From: Oculina patagonica
Lineage: Eukaryota
Assembly (NCBI RefSeq): GCF_052425735.1
Contig: NC_135763.1
Location: forward strand, 38,316,001 to 38,380,000
DNA: 64,000 nt
Direction of reading: 5' to 3'
In this document: piece after piece, positions 1 through 11,472 of the stretch
Layout: every line of letters begins with the position of its first letter
Position numbering within the stretch: position 1 is the stretch's first letter
Made by a program: the position numbers and the translations under genes
Notes under the pieces: model-generated
The model's database searches: none
Told to the model about the DNA's origin: nothing
The model's input: the letters and a program-made list of their open reading frames with translations, nothing else

Positions 1-26
1 AAAATAATCAACATCTTGACAATTAC

Positions 27-180
27 CTTCTGACATTAGCAGTTTAATTTAGTTAACATCGTAAGAGACCTGCAATTAGTCCTCTTTCCAGCACATGCTA
101 CAGGGGATTATAAGAGGAACACCTAAACAAGGGAGTGACAGCTTTGCTAAACTATGTTCCAGGAGAAGAGCAAACTTCTG
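27..180 (-). other. Probable exon of a minus-strand gene running off the left edge (mostly 5'UTR, possible ATG at 36-34)
   Basis: Minus strand reads ttttcctattttccag|CAGAAG...CTA ATG TCA GAA G|gtaatt: a good acceptor and donor, ending in phase 1. A further donor (gaa|gtaagt, ~750) suggests an upstream non-coding exon. Confidence 0.4.
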
Positions 181-240
181 CTGGAAAATAGGAAAATTAA
201 AACATTTACCAGGGAACTAGACTTTTGATATCATACAATA

Positions 241-416
241 CAGTTAACTCTCACCATAACAGACACCTTAGCGACCACAATTTGGTGCCCGCAATAGAGA
301 AAGTCCGTAGTTGTGGGAGTTATTTTTAGTAATTCTTATTCACCGGGACTTCAACTCCTGTCTGTATTAACAGGGTGTCCGTGATAACAAGGTGTCTGCA
401 AGGTGGGAGTTGACTG
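241..416. mobile_element. Tc1/mariner-pogo-type MITE (CAGTYAACTCTC...GAGTTGACTG, TA TSD)
   Basis: TA|CAGTTAACTCTC ... GGGAGTTGACTG|TA. Related copies at 39654-39820, 41315-41472 and 58076-58249. Confidence 0.8.
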
Positions 417-860
417 TACTAAATAGAATCAAAGTGCCCGTTGGGCTGTCTCGTGTTTCAGATCAGTAAAGTAGCACCCGTTGCTAACAATCATATAAGC
501 TCAGAAAAAACATCTCCGGATTCTACAATATTAATTCTCAAATTTCATTCTCAAGCATTTGCAACAGCCTGTGCTATACGAGCATCGCACCATGTGCCCT
601 TTCTACACATTCTACTCAAATAGTCAAACCAAGACTGCCCTTCCAAAAACTCAACAAAATCTTCGCAATGATTTCTAAGGTATTCAACAACTACAAAACG
701 CACTATCTAAAACGCACTACGATTTGCTACTTTCATACTTAATTACTTACTTCCCTATTCGCCATCGGCGCTCAGGGCAGCAAATGACTTGCTACCGAGT
801 CAAATATCTGATGACTAACACTTCGAAAAACGAAAACAGTCTCCATTTCCACCACAATCA

Positions 861-1046
861 TAGACTGCAGCTAGTCGTATCTTTTGCGAACGCATGTAAC
901 GCACTCGGTCTTTGTATAACAGGCCCGTAGGGAGGGGGTGCGATGGGTGCGTTCGCACCCCCCCCCCCCCCACGAGCCTTGGAAGTCCGCTCATTGTGAA
1001 AAAAAAAATATATATATATATATATTAAAATAAATAAATAAATGAA

Positions 1047-1081
<35 letters not shown>

Positions 1082-1880
1082 AGGGAAATGGTATTTCTGT
1101 ACTTCGACTATTTACATTCAATATGGTCCTTTGGGTTGAAGATCCACCATTTGAAGATTCGTGTGGTATATTTTAGACCAAATTGTGTGATTATAGGTTA
1201 AATTCAACGATACATTCTACCTAATGTCCTTCATAGTCGAACCATTCGAAGTGCCATTCCCAGGCGCTACCAAAAGAGAGGAGACTGGGTACTTGTTGGG
1301 CTCGGAAACACCCAAGGACAATACTAAAAGATCAACAAACCGACTCTGACTGATTTATGTAATAACCATTTTGACACTAAAATGAAGAGACCTATCTTTT
1401 TCCTGTTTTCCTTCTATGTGCTGCTGTCATTTTTAGCTAAATAAATTGTAAACTACGTTTTTGAGGTTCTGTTTCGAAAAATGTGATTTGAATTTAAAAA
1501 TGTACTAGAATTATTGTCGTCGTTTTCTTCACTTTTACCTGCCTTTTCTCCTAACAAACTGTCTTCAAAACGCACGAAATGCCTATTTTTTCAAAATTTC
1601 CTGGGAGAGGATACCCCCAGACCCCTCCCCCCTACATTAACGCGCCTGCGGCGCTCAAGATTTCGTGCCACAGTCGCTCATACGCACCTCCCATGAAAAA
1701 TCCTGGTTACGGGCCTGTATAATATCTTAGTACGACAGCGAGAGGTCTGGCGCCAATGTAAAACTGTGAGTGGGACTGGGGAGAGACGCTAAAAGTTTTT
1801 TCTCGCCTCGCAGGCTCACAACGTTCGGCGCATTGCGCCTTTCAACGACTTAAGAGAACAAACGACTGTTTTGCAGTCTA
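861..1880. mobile_element. Non-autonomous TIR element with TAG termini and 9-bp TSD (AcademH-like), carrying a nested insertion
   Basis: TSD CCACAATCA at 852-860 and 1881-1889; termini TAGACTGCA...TGCAGTCTA. Confidence 0.8.
920..1717. mobile_element. Nested non-autonomous DNA transposon, CAGGCCCGTA TIR, 5-bp TSD
   Basis: TATAA|CAGGCCCGTA ... TACGGGCCTG|TATAA; contains a (TAAA)n microsatellite at ~1027-1082. Confidence 0.8.
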
Positions 1881-2429
1881 CCACAATCACAAGGAACAAG
1901 ACCAACTGCACGTAACCTATTTCTAAGTTGTGAAAACGAAGTACAATCATAACATTCCCTGTTATTCACCGTCATGTTTTCACCGAAATTAACAATAGGC
2001 CATACGACCAGGAATCTTTCCAATACACCACACATAAATAACATTTTATAATATACAGAAAATTTTTTATCATAACTAAATTTCCAAAACCTATATGCAT
2101 TATTCCAGAATGAAGAAAATATAAAACTTCTATATTTTCCCCCTTCCCATCACCCACCACTCGCGCTTCGCGCTCGCTCAAAATCCCTGCCTCTTTCCAA
2201 AACTCTCCAAAATCCGCGCGGCCTTGGAAAAGCCTGTGAAGGAGGCAGACGCATTCTGATTAGGTTAGAATGGGTCATCTTTCATCAGCCCCTTGAAATT
2301 GCCTGGATGGGGGAAGGGATATGGGACGGAGATAATGTAATCTCTGGTTTTTCTTTCTACGTCATCTGCCACTTGACATTAATTGCTCAGATAAGGCAGG
2401 AATGATGGCGAAGAGGGATTTTAACTACA

Positions 2430-2801
2430 TACGTAATACGCATTTTGCATGGGTCTAACTCGATAATGAATCCTCACTTAGACAACAAAACAAAATAGAA
2501 CCGGGCAATAAGAAATGACTAGTACAAGATATAAACGAAAGAGACAAGTTATATTTTACGAGTTTTTAGTATTAGAAAGAAAACAGACATTTGCTTAGAT
2601 GATATCGGGAACAGGAATTTTGTTTACCTTAGCGTAATACGCATTTTTTCATTTTGTATGAACCATTTAACTCAACAAGAAATCCTCTCTTAGACCACAG
2701 AGCAAACTAGAACCAGACAATTAGAAAGGGCTTGTACAAGATATAAGTTAAAGAGACAAGTTATATTTTATGCGGTTTAGTGTAAGAAAGGAAACAGACA
2801 T
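2430..2801. repeat. Diverged ~200-bp direct duplication
   Basis: CGTAATACGCATTTT...GTACAAGATATAA...AAAGAGACAAGTTATATTTTA...AAACAGACAT occurs twice (~2432-2590 and ~2634-2801). Confidence 0.7.
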
Positions 2802-3902
2802 CAAAGCGGTGTAAATAAGCAAGCAGCCTTTGACCTTACTGGCGGCAAAGTATCGTATTCGTATATCGGTTGTCACGCAAAAAAGGAAATAACGCTACTA
2901 GGCACGTCTATAAAGCCACAGGGCTTCTTGTTTGTGTCTTTCTTTAATACTGCGACGAGTTGACCTTTAGCATGTGTCTTAGTGAATGGGGGAATTCAGG
3001 GAATTTTGAACTGTTTTCCAAAATGGTTTAGTGTAATACTCGAATTGAACACACGCAAGGAAAAAAATGTCCAAGGGATCTACAAGTTGTTTTTTAACTA
3101 GTTTAATCAGCGCAAATTTCAACTTGCACCAGCTAGTAAAGGCACACATCTGGTTCGACTATTACGGTCTATTACATCTTTGAAATCCGAATCTAAAAGA
3201 TTGGAACGACAAAAAAAGTTTTTTTTTTTCTGACATATTGTCGACATACCTACAGTTCTGTATTATTCTGTAAGGAGCAATCCTGTTTAAGAACAAAGCC
3301 GAAGATGAGATACCACATCAATATTTCTGTTTGCGTGATAACTTCACTTAATATTCTCCTTTTGACACATTATTTGACATATCTGAAAACTGCTCTGACG
3401 TCAACAACCCTTTACCCTAACACGCGCCAAAATGGTTTTCTTGTAACGCAAACAGAAATTTGACAACAGCTTTATCTTCTAATTCATACTTTAACAATAC
3501 CCACCGCAAATATAATATCAAAACACAAACCTACCGTAAAGATAAATTCATTTTCCATGTAAAAAACTACCTATTTAAGCAACATATGTGAGATAAAATC
3601 TCCTTATCAGATTTGGCGGTATTACTAAAGATAGTACTTCATGTAATATATTACATTATACACATACCTCATAATGCAAACATTTACACTATATGTCTCA
3701 CACGCGTAAATAAGCACTTTAAAACTCGACAAGAGAAAACGCGCAATACGAAGAACAGCATCCCGGTGCATCTTATCAGCAAAATGTATCTATGTAAATA
3801 TGGCTATTTCTTACCTTGTTTCCTTGCTACTTTATCACTTCGTTACCTTACGAGAGGTCTTACACAAAGCACTATTGTGAGCTACCAAGTCTACTCGGAT
3901 AA

Positions 3903-3958
3903 TCTCGTGTTACGTCACGGTCACGTCGTTCACGACGTGACCGCGACGTAACACGAGA
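3903..3958. repeat. Near-perfect CpG-rich palindrome (27-bp arms, 2-nt loop)
   Basis: TCTCGTGTTACGTCACGGTCACGTCGT-TC-ACGACGTGACCGCGACGTAACACGAGA, one mismatch between arms. Confidence 0.9.
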
Positions 3959-5215
3959 CAAAAAGTACTCATTTGAGATTTCAAAGATAAAACCAGAATA
4001 ATGCTCCGGATTTTCAGGATGGTCTTCACCCTAACCCTGACACCCCCAACTAAATTTAAAAATAATATGCAATTAGCCCTGTTAATACTATCTTGAATAA
4101 ACCCAAACCCAACAGACCGAGAATATTCTCTCACATAATTTAACATGATACAGTTCAAGCAAATGTCCCTGACTGATGGTAATCATTGTTCTTTGTTATT
4201 GTTGTATTGTTTCTGTCTCCAAGCATTGTGCATATTTTACATGATGACGTTGATACACAAATTTCATCACAAGCTGTGATTTTCCTTGAAAGAAACATTG
4301 CATTTCTAAGGCAAAATCAATGGAATTCTGTGTGAAATGTACTGGTATAAAATAATTCCATGTGCTTTTAAAAACCTGTTTCTACATGCAGCTTACGAAT
4401 TCAAATATTCCAAAAAATAAAACTATACCAGACTTCTAGACTAACCACTTTAAAAAAAAAACAAGTAGAAAAGCAAATATATATGCACGTAATTTGACAG
4501 TTTGGGAAGTTATTATTTTTCTATTTCAGAAGCCTCAAAATCACACCAGGGGGTTGAACAGAACAGCTGCAAATTTTCAAGTAAAAAAATAATTTGGAAT
4601 CGCTACTGGATAAAATATAAGTATCCATTAACTTATTAAAGCTCTGATAAAGTGTAAAGTTAAAATCAAATATATGATTTTTATTATTTATAATCACTGT
4701 TAATATTTAGTGGAACATTCTAGAACGTATGAGTAATTCTCTTGGTGTGTGAAGCAAATGTTGTGTTTGGTTATCAAAAGTCTCTGCAACCATTAAATCT
4801 AAAGGTTTTCAAATTAAGCTCTCAAGTTTCTAATTAAAAGTAGTTACATTATATGTCTTTTAAAGTATCTACACTGGGAAAGGAAAACTATAAAATTCCA
4901 TCGATCAAAACTGTTCAAAATTATTAGAATTCTTTTTAATGACAAATTAATAAGAAAGATGTTTAAATTATTTAACGATATTCACATCAGGCTATGATGC
5001 TTCTTGGAACCATCAAAACCTTAAGTTAAAATGAGAGTGAACAGAACGTTGAAGATAGTTCAGTAAAGTTTCAATTAAGGTATTCACTCATCGGAAAGTT
5101 TAGAAACAAACTTTTACCCAACAACAGCATCACTTGGCATCATCACGAAATATCATCTACTAAATTAAACCGTCATGTGAGATTTTTCTTAATTACATTA
5201 TGATAAAAAATATAC

Positions 5216-5441
5216 CTGGTCTTCCTAAACTATGTAAGTCAGTGCATCTGTCAGCAGCTAGAACTGTGTCATTGATGGAAGTTTCAGAGCAAGTTTGAAA
5301 CAGCCCTTCGTGATGATATTGTACACCTTGGATTTCTTTATCTTCTTTCCACCAAACTCGCCAAAAGTCAGTGGAAAGTGCCAAAATTCCCAGTAGAATT
5401 GCCGCTAAACAGCTTACAAAGCTTGTTATTACTTTGATCAT
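5216..5441 (-). CDS. Claudin/PMP22/EMP-superfamily first coding exon (TM1 + extracellular loop 1), proximal variant
   Basis: MIKVITSF...ALSTDFW...EGLFQTC...C fits the claudin W-GLW-C-C signature (GLF variant). Donor CCAG|GTATAT after 226 nt (phase 1). Confidence 0.8.
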
Positions 5442-5853
5442 CGTGTTTTAGCTGCTTTCGTGTTCTCAAAGTTTCGCTTTACTGCTGCGTCGCTGGGTGT
5501 GTCGATTAATTTGTAAGGAATTTGCTGCCAACTGCTTCATTGAAATGCATGCCTTCCATTTATGCTCGCTTCACTTCACTCATAACAATGTTTTACGTAT
5601 GATTTTAAAACTTACAGCGCAATGCTTCATTAGCTACAGTGACCACGAAATCCTTACAGATAATTTAACAGAATTCGAGTGAAATAAAACGTCAGATATG
5701 ATCGCTTTTTACTTTTCTACTGTGTCAATGTGATGCAGAAAAGTAACGTTGCTCTAAATAAACGGCGCACTGACATCTCCGCAGTAGGCCAAGGAATATC
5801 ACGCCTATTTTACAAAAATATCTTGTCCAAACGATACAAAATAAACTACTTGC

Positions 5854-6076
5854 CTACTCCTACGTCCAGATAGTCGCCATCACAGTCTTCTTTTATCAGC
5901 TCGTCTGTAATGTTGTCTCTGGCTTCGTAGCAGTGATAGAACAGTCCCCGGTAGTGTGTGACATTTTGATTGTCAGAAATTATAACCCATTGCAGCCAGT
6001 ACGTCGTGGCCAGGCTCAAAATGATCATCAGCATTGCTGCAAAAGAGCAGACAATGGCTGTGATAACTTTGATCAT
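5854..6076 (-). CDS. Claudin/PMP22/EMP-superfamily first coding exon (TM1 + extracellular loop 1), distal variant
   Basis: MIKVITAI...SLATTYW...RGLFYHC...C; likely GC-type donor GTAG|GCAAGT after 223 nt (phase 1). Confidence 0.8.
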
Positions 6077-6567
6077 GATTTAGCCTTGTTTTGGAAGACA
6101 GACCGGTGAAATATTCTCAACTTCGCCGTTCGAGAATTCTGTCTCGAAAGCCGCGTAAACTGACGCCCTCAAGGGCTTGTGGGTATGAAAATTGTTTTCC
6201 TGAACTGCGCGCGGGTCACGCGCGGGATCACACGAGTAATGTACATTTTGACCCTCGCGAAATATTCGGCCGGGGGGGAGAGAGGATGGGGGTGGGAGGT
6301 AGACTCATGCATACCAGGGCAGTCAGGGCATGCATACAGTATCTTCGGTTTTGCTACCAGAGAAAATAATTATGATTAATATGGAAATGACAAAAAAGAA
6401 ACATTTCTCTTTCATTTCTCTTTCATTTTTCACTCTCATCTTTTACTTTAGGTACTTCGTTTATAAAGAACCCGATCTATGCTTTATATCTTCCTTTGTA
6501 CACTTTTTTCTTCCATAAGATTTAAGATTTGCTGTTTTCTTTTCCTCGATCCAGCAAACTACATGTA

Positions 6568-6893
6568 CAGTGGAATCCCGATATAACGATATGCCAAGGG
6601 GGCAGTAAAATTATATCGTTATATCGAGGAATCGTTATACAGTGGAACCCCGATATAACGATCTTCGATATAACGATATTCCCGATATAACGATGAATAT
6701 GTTATGTCCCGGCAATAGTAAAATGTATGGGACGGAACCCCGATATAACGATTCCTCGATATAACGATATAATTTTACTGCCCCCTTCCAGGTTGGCATA
6801 TCGTTATATCTGGGTTCCACTGTATCGGGGTTCTGTCCCATACATTTTACTATTGCCGGGACATAACATATTCATCGTTATATCGGGAACATC
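6568..6893. mobile_element. Pogo/Tigger-like MITE (CAGTGGAACCCCGATATAACG) nested in an inverted copy of itself
   Basis: Inner copy TA|6640-6822|TA; the outer copy starts at 6568, resumes at 6825 in the opposite orientation, and is truncated on the right. Confidence 0.85.
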
Positions 6894-7520
6894 GTGTGTA
6901 CTGCCAAAATTTGTCCAGTTTTCAGGCGTTTCCACTCATTTCCGGACCAGACACGTGGGACGTGCACAAAACGTGACGTATAAAAATCGGTGACATCATT
7001 TGTTGAATAGTTCAAATTGAAAAAGTTATTTGCATCAATCGAGCTTGAGAAAAGTTTTGGTAAGTTATGACTGAATAACACTACACTTATTTTTAATTTT
7101 TTTTCGTCACAGCACCCCTTTGAGTAGTGATAACAAAATAACGCAGGGTTTCTCGTCATTCTGGAGTTTGTCAAATTAGCAAACTGATGACAAACCAGAC
7201 AAACATAAGCATTTTATTTTTCTCCTGACCTATAGCTGGGTTTAATTTTGCGCTTTATTATTTTTTAAATGAGACTTCTGAAGCTTGCTGAATACTGATC
7301 ATGCATGCAGAAGATTCCTTTCCTGTTTAATACGTGCACATTCGTTGAACTGTCATTGTCATTTGATGATCAGTAGCTGTAATTGTCTGCAAAACTGACA
7401 AAAGCACGAATTTGATTGGTCAGTTTTCGTTATGTAATGAATATTGTCACATAAAGCCAGTTGACCTCCACCAAATCTGTCTTTTGATTTGGTGCGTTGC
7501 ATAAATTGTTGGGATAGACC

Positions 7521-10500
7521 ATGAGCAACAAATCCAATTCTGTATATTCGTCTTCTTCAGCGGAATGGAATGGAAAATCGAACACCGATAAAAAGGTCAG
7601 GAAAGTTTGTAGTTCATAGTAAATATGACAATGACTTGAACATAAATTCGCCGAAGTTAAACGTGTCGAAGTACGTGACTTTCGATATAAGGAGTTTTCA
7701 CTGAGTTTTGCGCTGCACCAAGTTTTTTTTAACACCACTGGCCATCTCACTTCGTCGGTCTATTTCGTGGGTGCTGGCAATTTTAAAGCTCTTTGCACCA
7801 GATGTTGCCTAAAAATATTGTTGCGAAACAACTTGCACGAAATACACAATCAAAAATTTTGGCGCAACATGTAGCCATGACTACGTTTCGCAACAATTCA
7901 TTTCTATGGAACATTTACAATACGCGATGTAAAGTACAACAATTTGTCTTGAATGTGTACAACGTTTATGTATATTATTGTGCTTTTTGTGACGAATTTA
8001 TGCAAAATGGCCACTAATCGTTTTAACCGCGAACAACTCCATGCACGGTGGCAATTTTCTAGCGTGAATTTTGACCGGATCCTCTCGAGCTGGTCAAAAT
8101 CTATTCATATATTTACTGGGGATAGAAAGCTTCAGAAGAAGTCAATTAACACTTGAATATGAATGTGGCAATTTTTTTATAAATCTCGAAAAATAAAAGA
8201 CTCTTATAGAGGAGTCAAAAGTTGCTGACATGCCCAGCCACGTCTTTAAAATTAATAAAGCTGCTTTAAAATTGCTGACACTTGTCCAATGTCCAACAAG
8301 TGTTTATATGTAGATCAGAACATTGAAGAAAACATGCCTCTGGGGCTCATATACGACCTCTCTTGGAATGGAGGAAATTTATATTTTAATATCAGCTTGA
8401 GATGTATTTTGCAGTTTTACTGATAAATTTTTATGTAACTTGTATTTTTTGTTTGCTGTTATGTACATGTAGATGGCCTATTTTGGAACATGTGCCTTGA
8501 GTGTTCAGGAAAGCAGCGACTCTGTCAAGGTTCCCATTTTGAAAGCAACTGAACTTGGTGAAAGATGGCCAGTTCTTCTGTGGTTCTACGTGAAGACATT
8601 AGGACTTTATCATTCTGGTAATGACATAACAATAGTACACACCCCTTTTATTTTTGTACATCTGGACAGTCTCCAGGTGTAGTGTTATTGACAAAACACA
8701 ATCTGTCACTGTGCCTTCATTGCATAAATTACACAGAAGTAACCCCCTTCTGTTCTAATCCTATGGATCAAAGCTAGTGCTCAGGTACATACATTTATTC
8801 TCCTGGATGCAGAGAGGACCTGTACGAAGAAAGACACAAAAACCAATGACACTTCCAGTACTTGGACTTCTCAATGTCACAAATCCCATACATTATAAAC
8901 CATTAGGTTACTGTCAAATTATTATTTATTTTTAATTTAACAAATATTAAGTTATTGCATATAATAATAAACTAAATCAAATAAGAGTAAAAAAATCACC
9001 TAATATAAGAAGAAACGTCAACCACGATCATAGTAATTTAATAGGGAAAGGTAAAGTCTGTGTCTGAGCCAAGTGGCCCATACAGCCGGAGCTTATCCCG
9101 GTTTCCGTAGCGTTAAGCGTCTAGGAATATTGCTACTCCCCCCTGGATGGATGGGATGCTAGTCCATCGCAGGGTTACCCCCCCCCCCCCAGCAGTAAAT
9201 TTGCCGGTACCCATTCATACACTGTACACCTGGGTGGAGAGAGGCACTGTGAGAGTTAAGTATCTTGCCAAAGAACACAACGTGGCACCCCGGCCAGGCC
9301 TCGAACCCAGGCCGTTCGACTTGGAGTCGAGCATGCTAACCATTAGGCCACCAGCCCAGGCGCGTAGCTGAAGTTTTTGGAAGGGTGTTCGTATTGACAG
9401 GAATATTTATTAATGGGGGTTATTTAATACGAGCGCCGAAGGCACGAGCTTCTAGGGGGGTCTGGGGGCATGTCCCCCCAGAATATATTGAAATCTAGAG
9501 GCCCGGAAATGCTATTTTCAGCATTGTGCACGTCAATATTTTAAACTCGATGAACTGTAAAATAGCAGGTAATTTTATTTTATTAATTTTATTCTTAACA
9601 ACAATATTTCCGGCGTTTTGTTAACTTGACACATTCATACATACATACATACCGGCTTAGTACACTAAACGTTTTAAAAAAACTTGACGTGTGGTGCAAA
9701 GGCATCTCAGGGTAAAAGGTTAAGCCCCCACCCCCCGACTCCACCGTCAATGTACTAAAAGCGGCGTCAAAGCGTCGATATGTACTAAATACACGTATCA
9801 CCTGGGTCCCCCGAAATTGTAATCCCCGCATTTCGTCTATTAATACTCCATTAATTTTATCAAATCCCGAACGCCTGCTAAGGAAATATCTTTTCAACAA
9901 TGGGATTATTTTGACTACATATAATACTAGGTCACTAGGATCCATTCTCCTAAAAATTTAATACTTTCTCGATACTTTTAGCGTTTTCTTGCAGAGTAAT
10001 TTAAAAGCTGCAACACTCAAAGTTTGTTTTCCATTCCCCCACTATTTGCTAAAAGCTGAAAATCAACAGTTTGTGTTTTCAGTCCTCCATTATTGACCTC
10101 CAAAGGGGGTTCGTTCGAACCCCTCGAACCCCCCCCCCTCCTACGCGCCTGCAGCCTCCCATAGTACTTTAATAATGTTGACATAAATTGTCAGAATCAT
10201 AAATATTCAAACAACTCTTTTCTTCTGGTTTCAGGTCGTCTTGTTCGCTTCAAACTATGTGGCAGATGTGGCCGTTCAAAGGACCGCAATGCATTGCACT
10301 ACACTGAGAATCAATGCAAAGTGTGTGAGAGCCTGACATGGGATCACAGGGGTGTGCCGACTATAGTCACTGATAGTGACATTGGTTCATCATTTTTCAA
10401 TCACTGTGGAAGTGGCTTCTTGTCACTAATGTGGCTTTTTCTTATCACTGGTGTCACATTAGCCAACATTATACTGTTGATAACTCGCTACCACAATGCA

Positions 10501-11472
10501 GACTACGACATAGTCCATGTGCTTGCCTGGATTGGCATGAAACTCCTGCTGTATATTGGTCCATTTGCGTGCCTCATTTCTGTCATTCACACTACATGGC
10601 CAACAGTGTTCATGGGAAGCTGGTCAAATGCCTTGGCGGTGGAATTTCTTGTCCACCGGATGCGATTTGTCAACATGAAAGAGAAGCAGTTTGCTGGTTT
10701 TGCCCTCTTCCTGGGAAGCGTTGCTGTTATGTGTACCCAGTGTGTTAAGTTAGCGGCACCATATTTTGACCCAGTGCTTGTCTCGCCCCTGGCTGCCAAC
10801 ACCACAATTTCTGGACTGACCACTATAGTTCCTCTTCATTTCTTTGTCGTTGTAGAGGGCTACATCAACTTTGGTGGATTCTGTTACGTAGTGTACCTTT
10901 TACGATGTAGCTATGAATCAGAGATACGTTTGGTCACAAAGTTTCTACGCAAGAACATTGAAGACATTGACTTATGCAGAGCTCGTTTGGCAGAAGCATT
11001 TGATGCCTTTCATATATTTCGTGAATTTTCCTCAGGTTGGATTGCCTTGAACCTTATTTTATGCACAGTTTGCCTTCTCCTTGAGTTACACATATGGATT
11101 GTGAAAACTGCACCACTGGCCTTTTTTCAGTATGAGCACTCATTCCTGTTAGTCTTCTTTCTAGTGCTACCAATCCTCTCTCTGGGCAATGTTGATGTGG
11201 ATTATCTGTGGAATCGTTTGGTTCGTCAAGTCAGTCGTCTACGATGCTCAGAGCAAGAAGACTCCTGGAATAAACTGATGCAGTTTCTTCAGGAGCAGCG
11301 TGCTGGCACCCGTCCATGGCAAGCAGTCCTTGCATTCTTTTTGTCCACAATTGCCATTTTCTCAGCAATCCAGTTCAGACTGTGGTCCAATAATCAGCGG
11401 GTTGTTAATGTATATACCATGGCAAATGGTACTCTAGCACTGATGCAACAAGTGAAATACAATGGGTCATAA
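7521..11472 (+). CDS. 7-TM gustatory-receptor-like (7TMIC/GRL-type) membrane protein, ~485 aa; exons 7521-7595, 8473-8617, 10235-11472
   Basis: Splice phases join in frame (0, then 1). N-terminal 'YVKTLGL' segment, seven hydrophobic segments, long helical TM4-TM5 and TM6-TM7 loops, and TM7 ending 'IFSAIQF', like the GR TYhhhhhQF motif. The gene is well supported; the family call and exon 1 are less certain. Confidence 0.6.
9047..9356 (-). mobile_element. tRNA-derived SINE, 5' end split by a DNA transposon
   Basis: Reverse complement aligns with the intact copy at 49446-49744 (GGGAGGC..GGTGGCCTAATGGTTAGC...GGTTCGAGGCC A/B boxes). The first ~9 nt lie at 10152-10160. Confidence 0.85.
9357..10151. 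mobile_element. Non-autonomous DNA transposon, CAGGCGCGTAG TIR, 5-bp TSD CAGCC
   Basis: CAGCC|CAGGCGCGTAG ... CTACGCGCCTG|CAGCC. Confidence 0.85.

Noticed and set aside
7871-7884. X-box-like GTAGCCATGACTAC
   Set aside because: Imperfect match and a single short motif; cannot be supported without conservation data.
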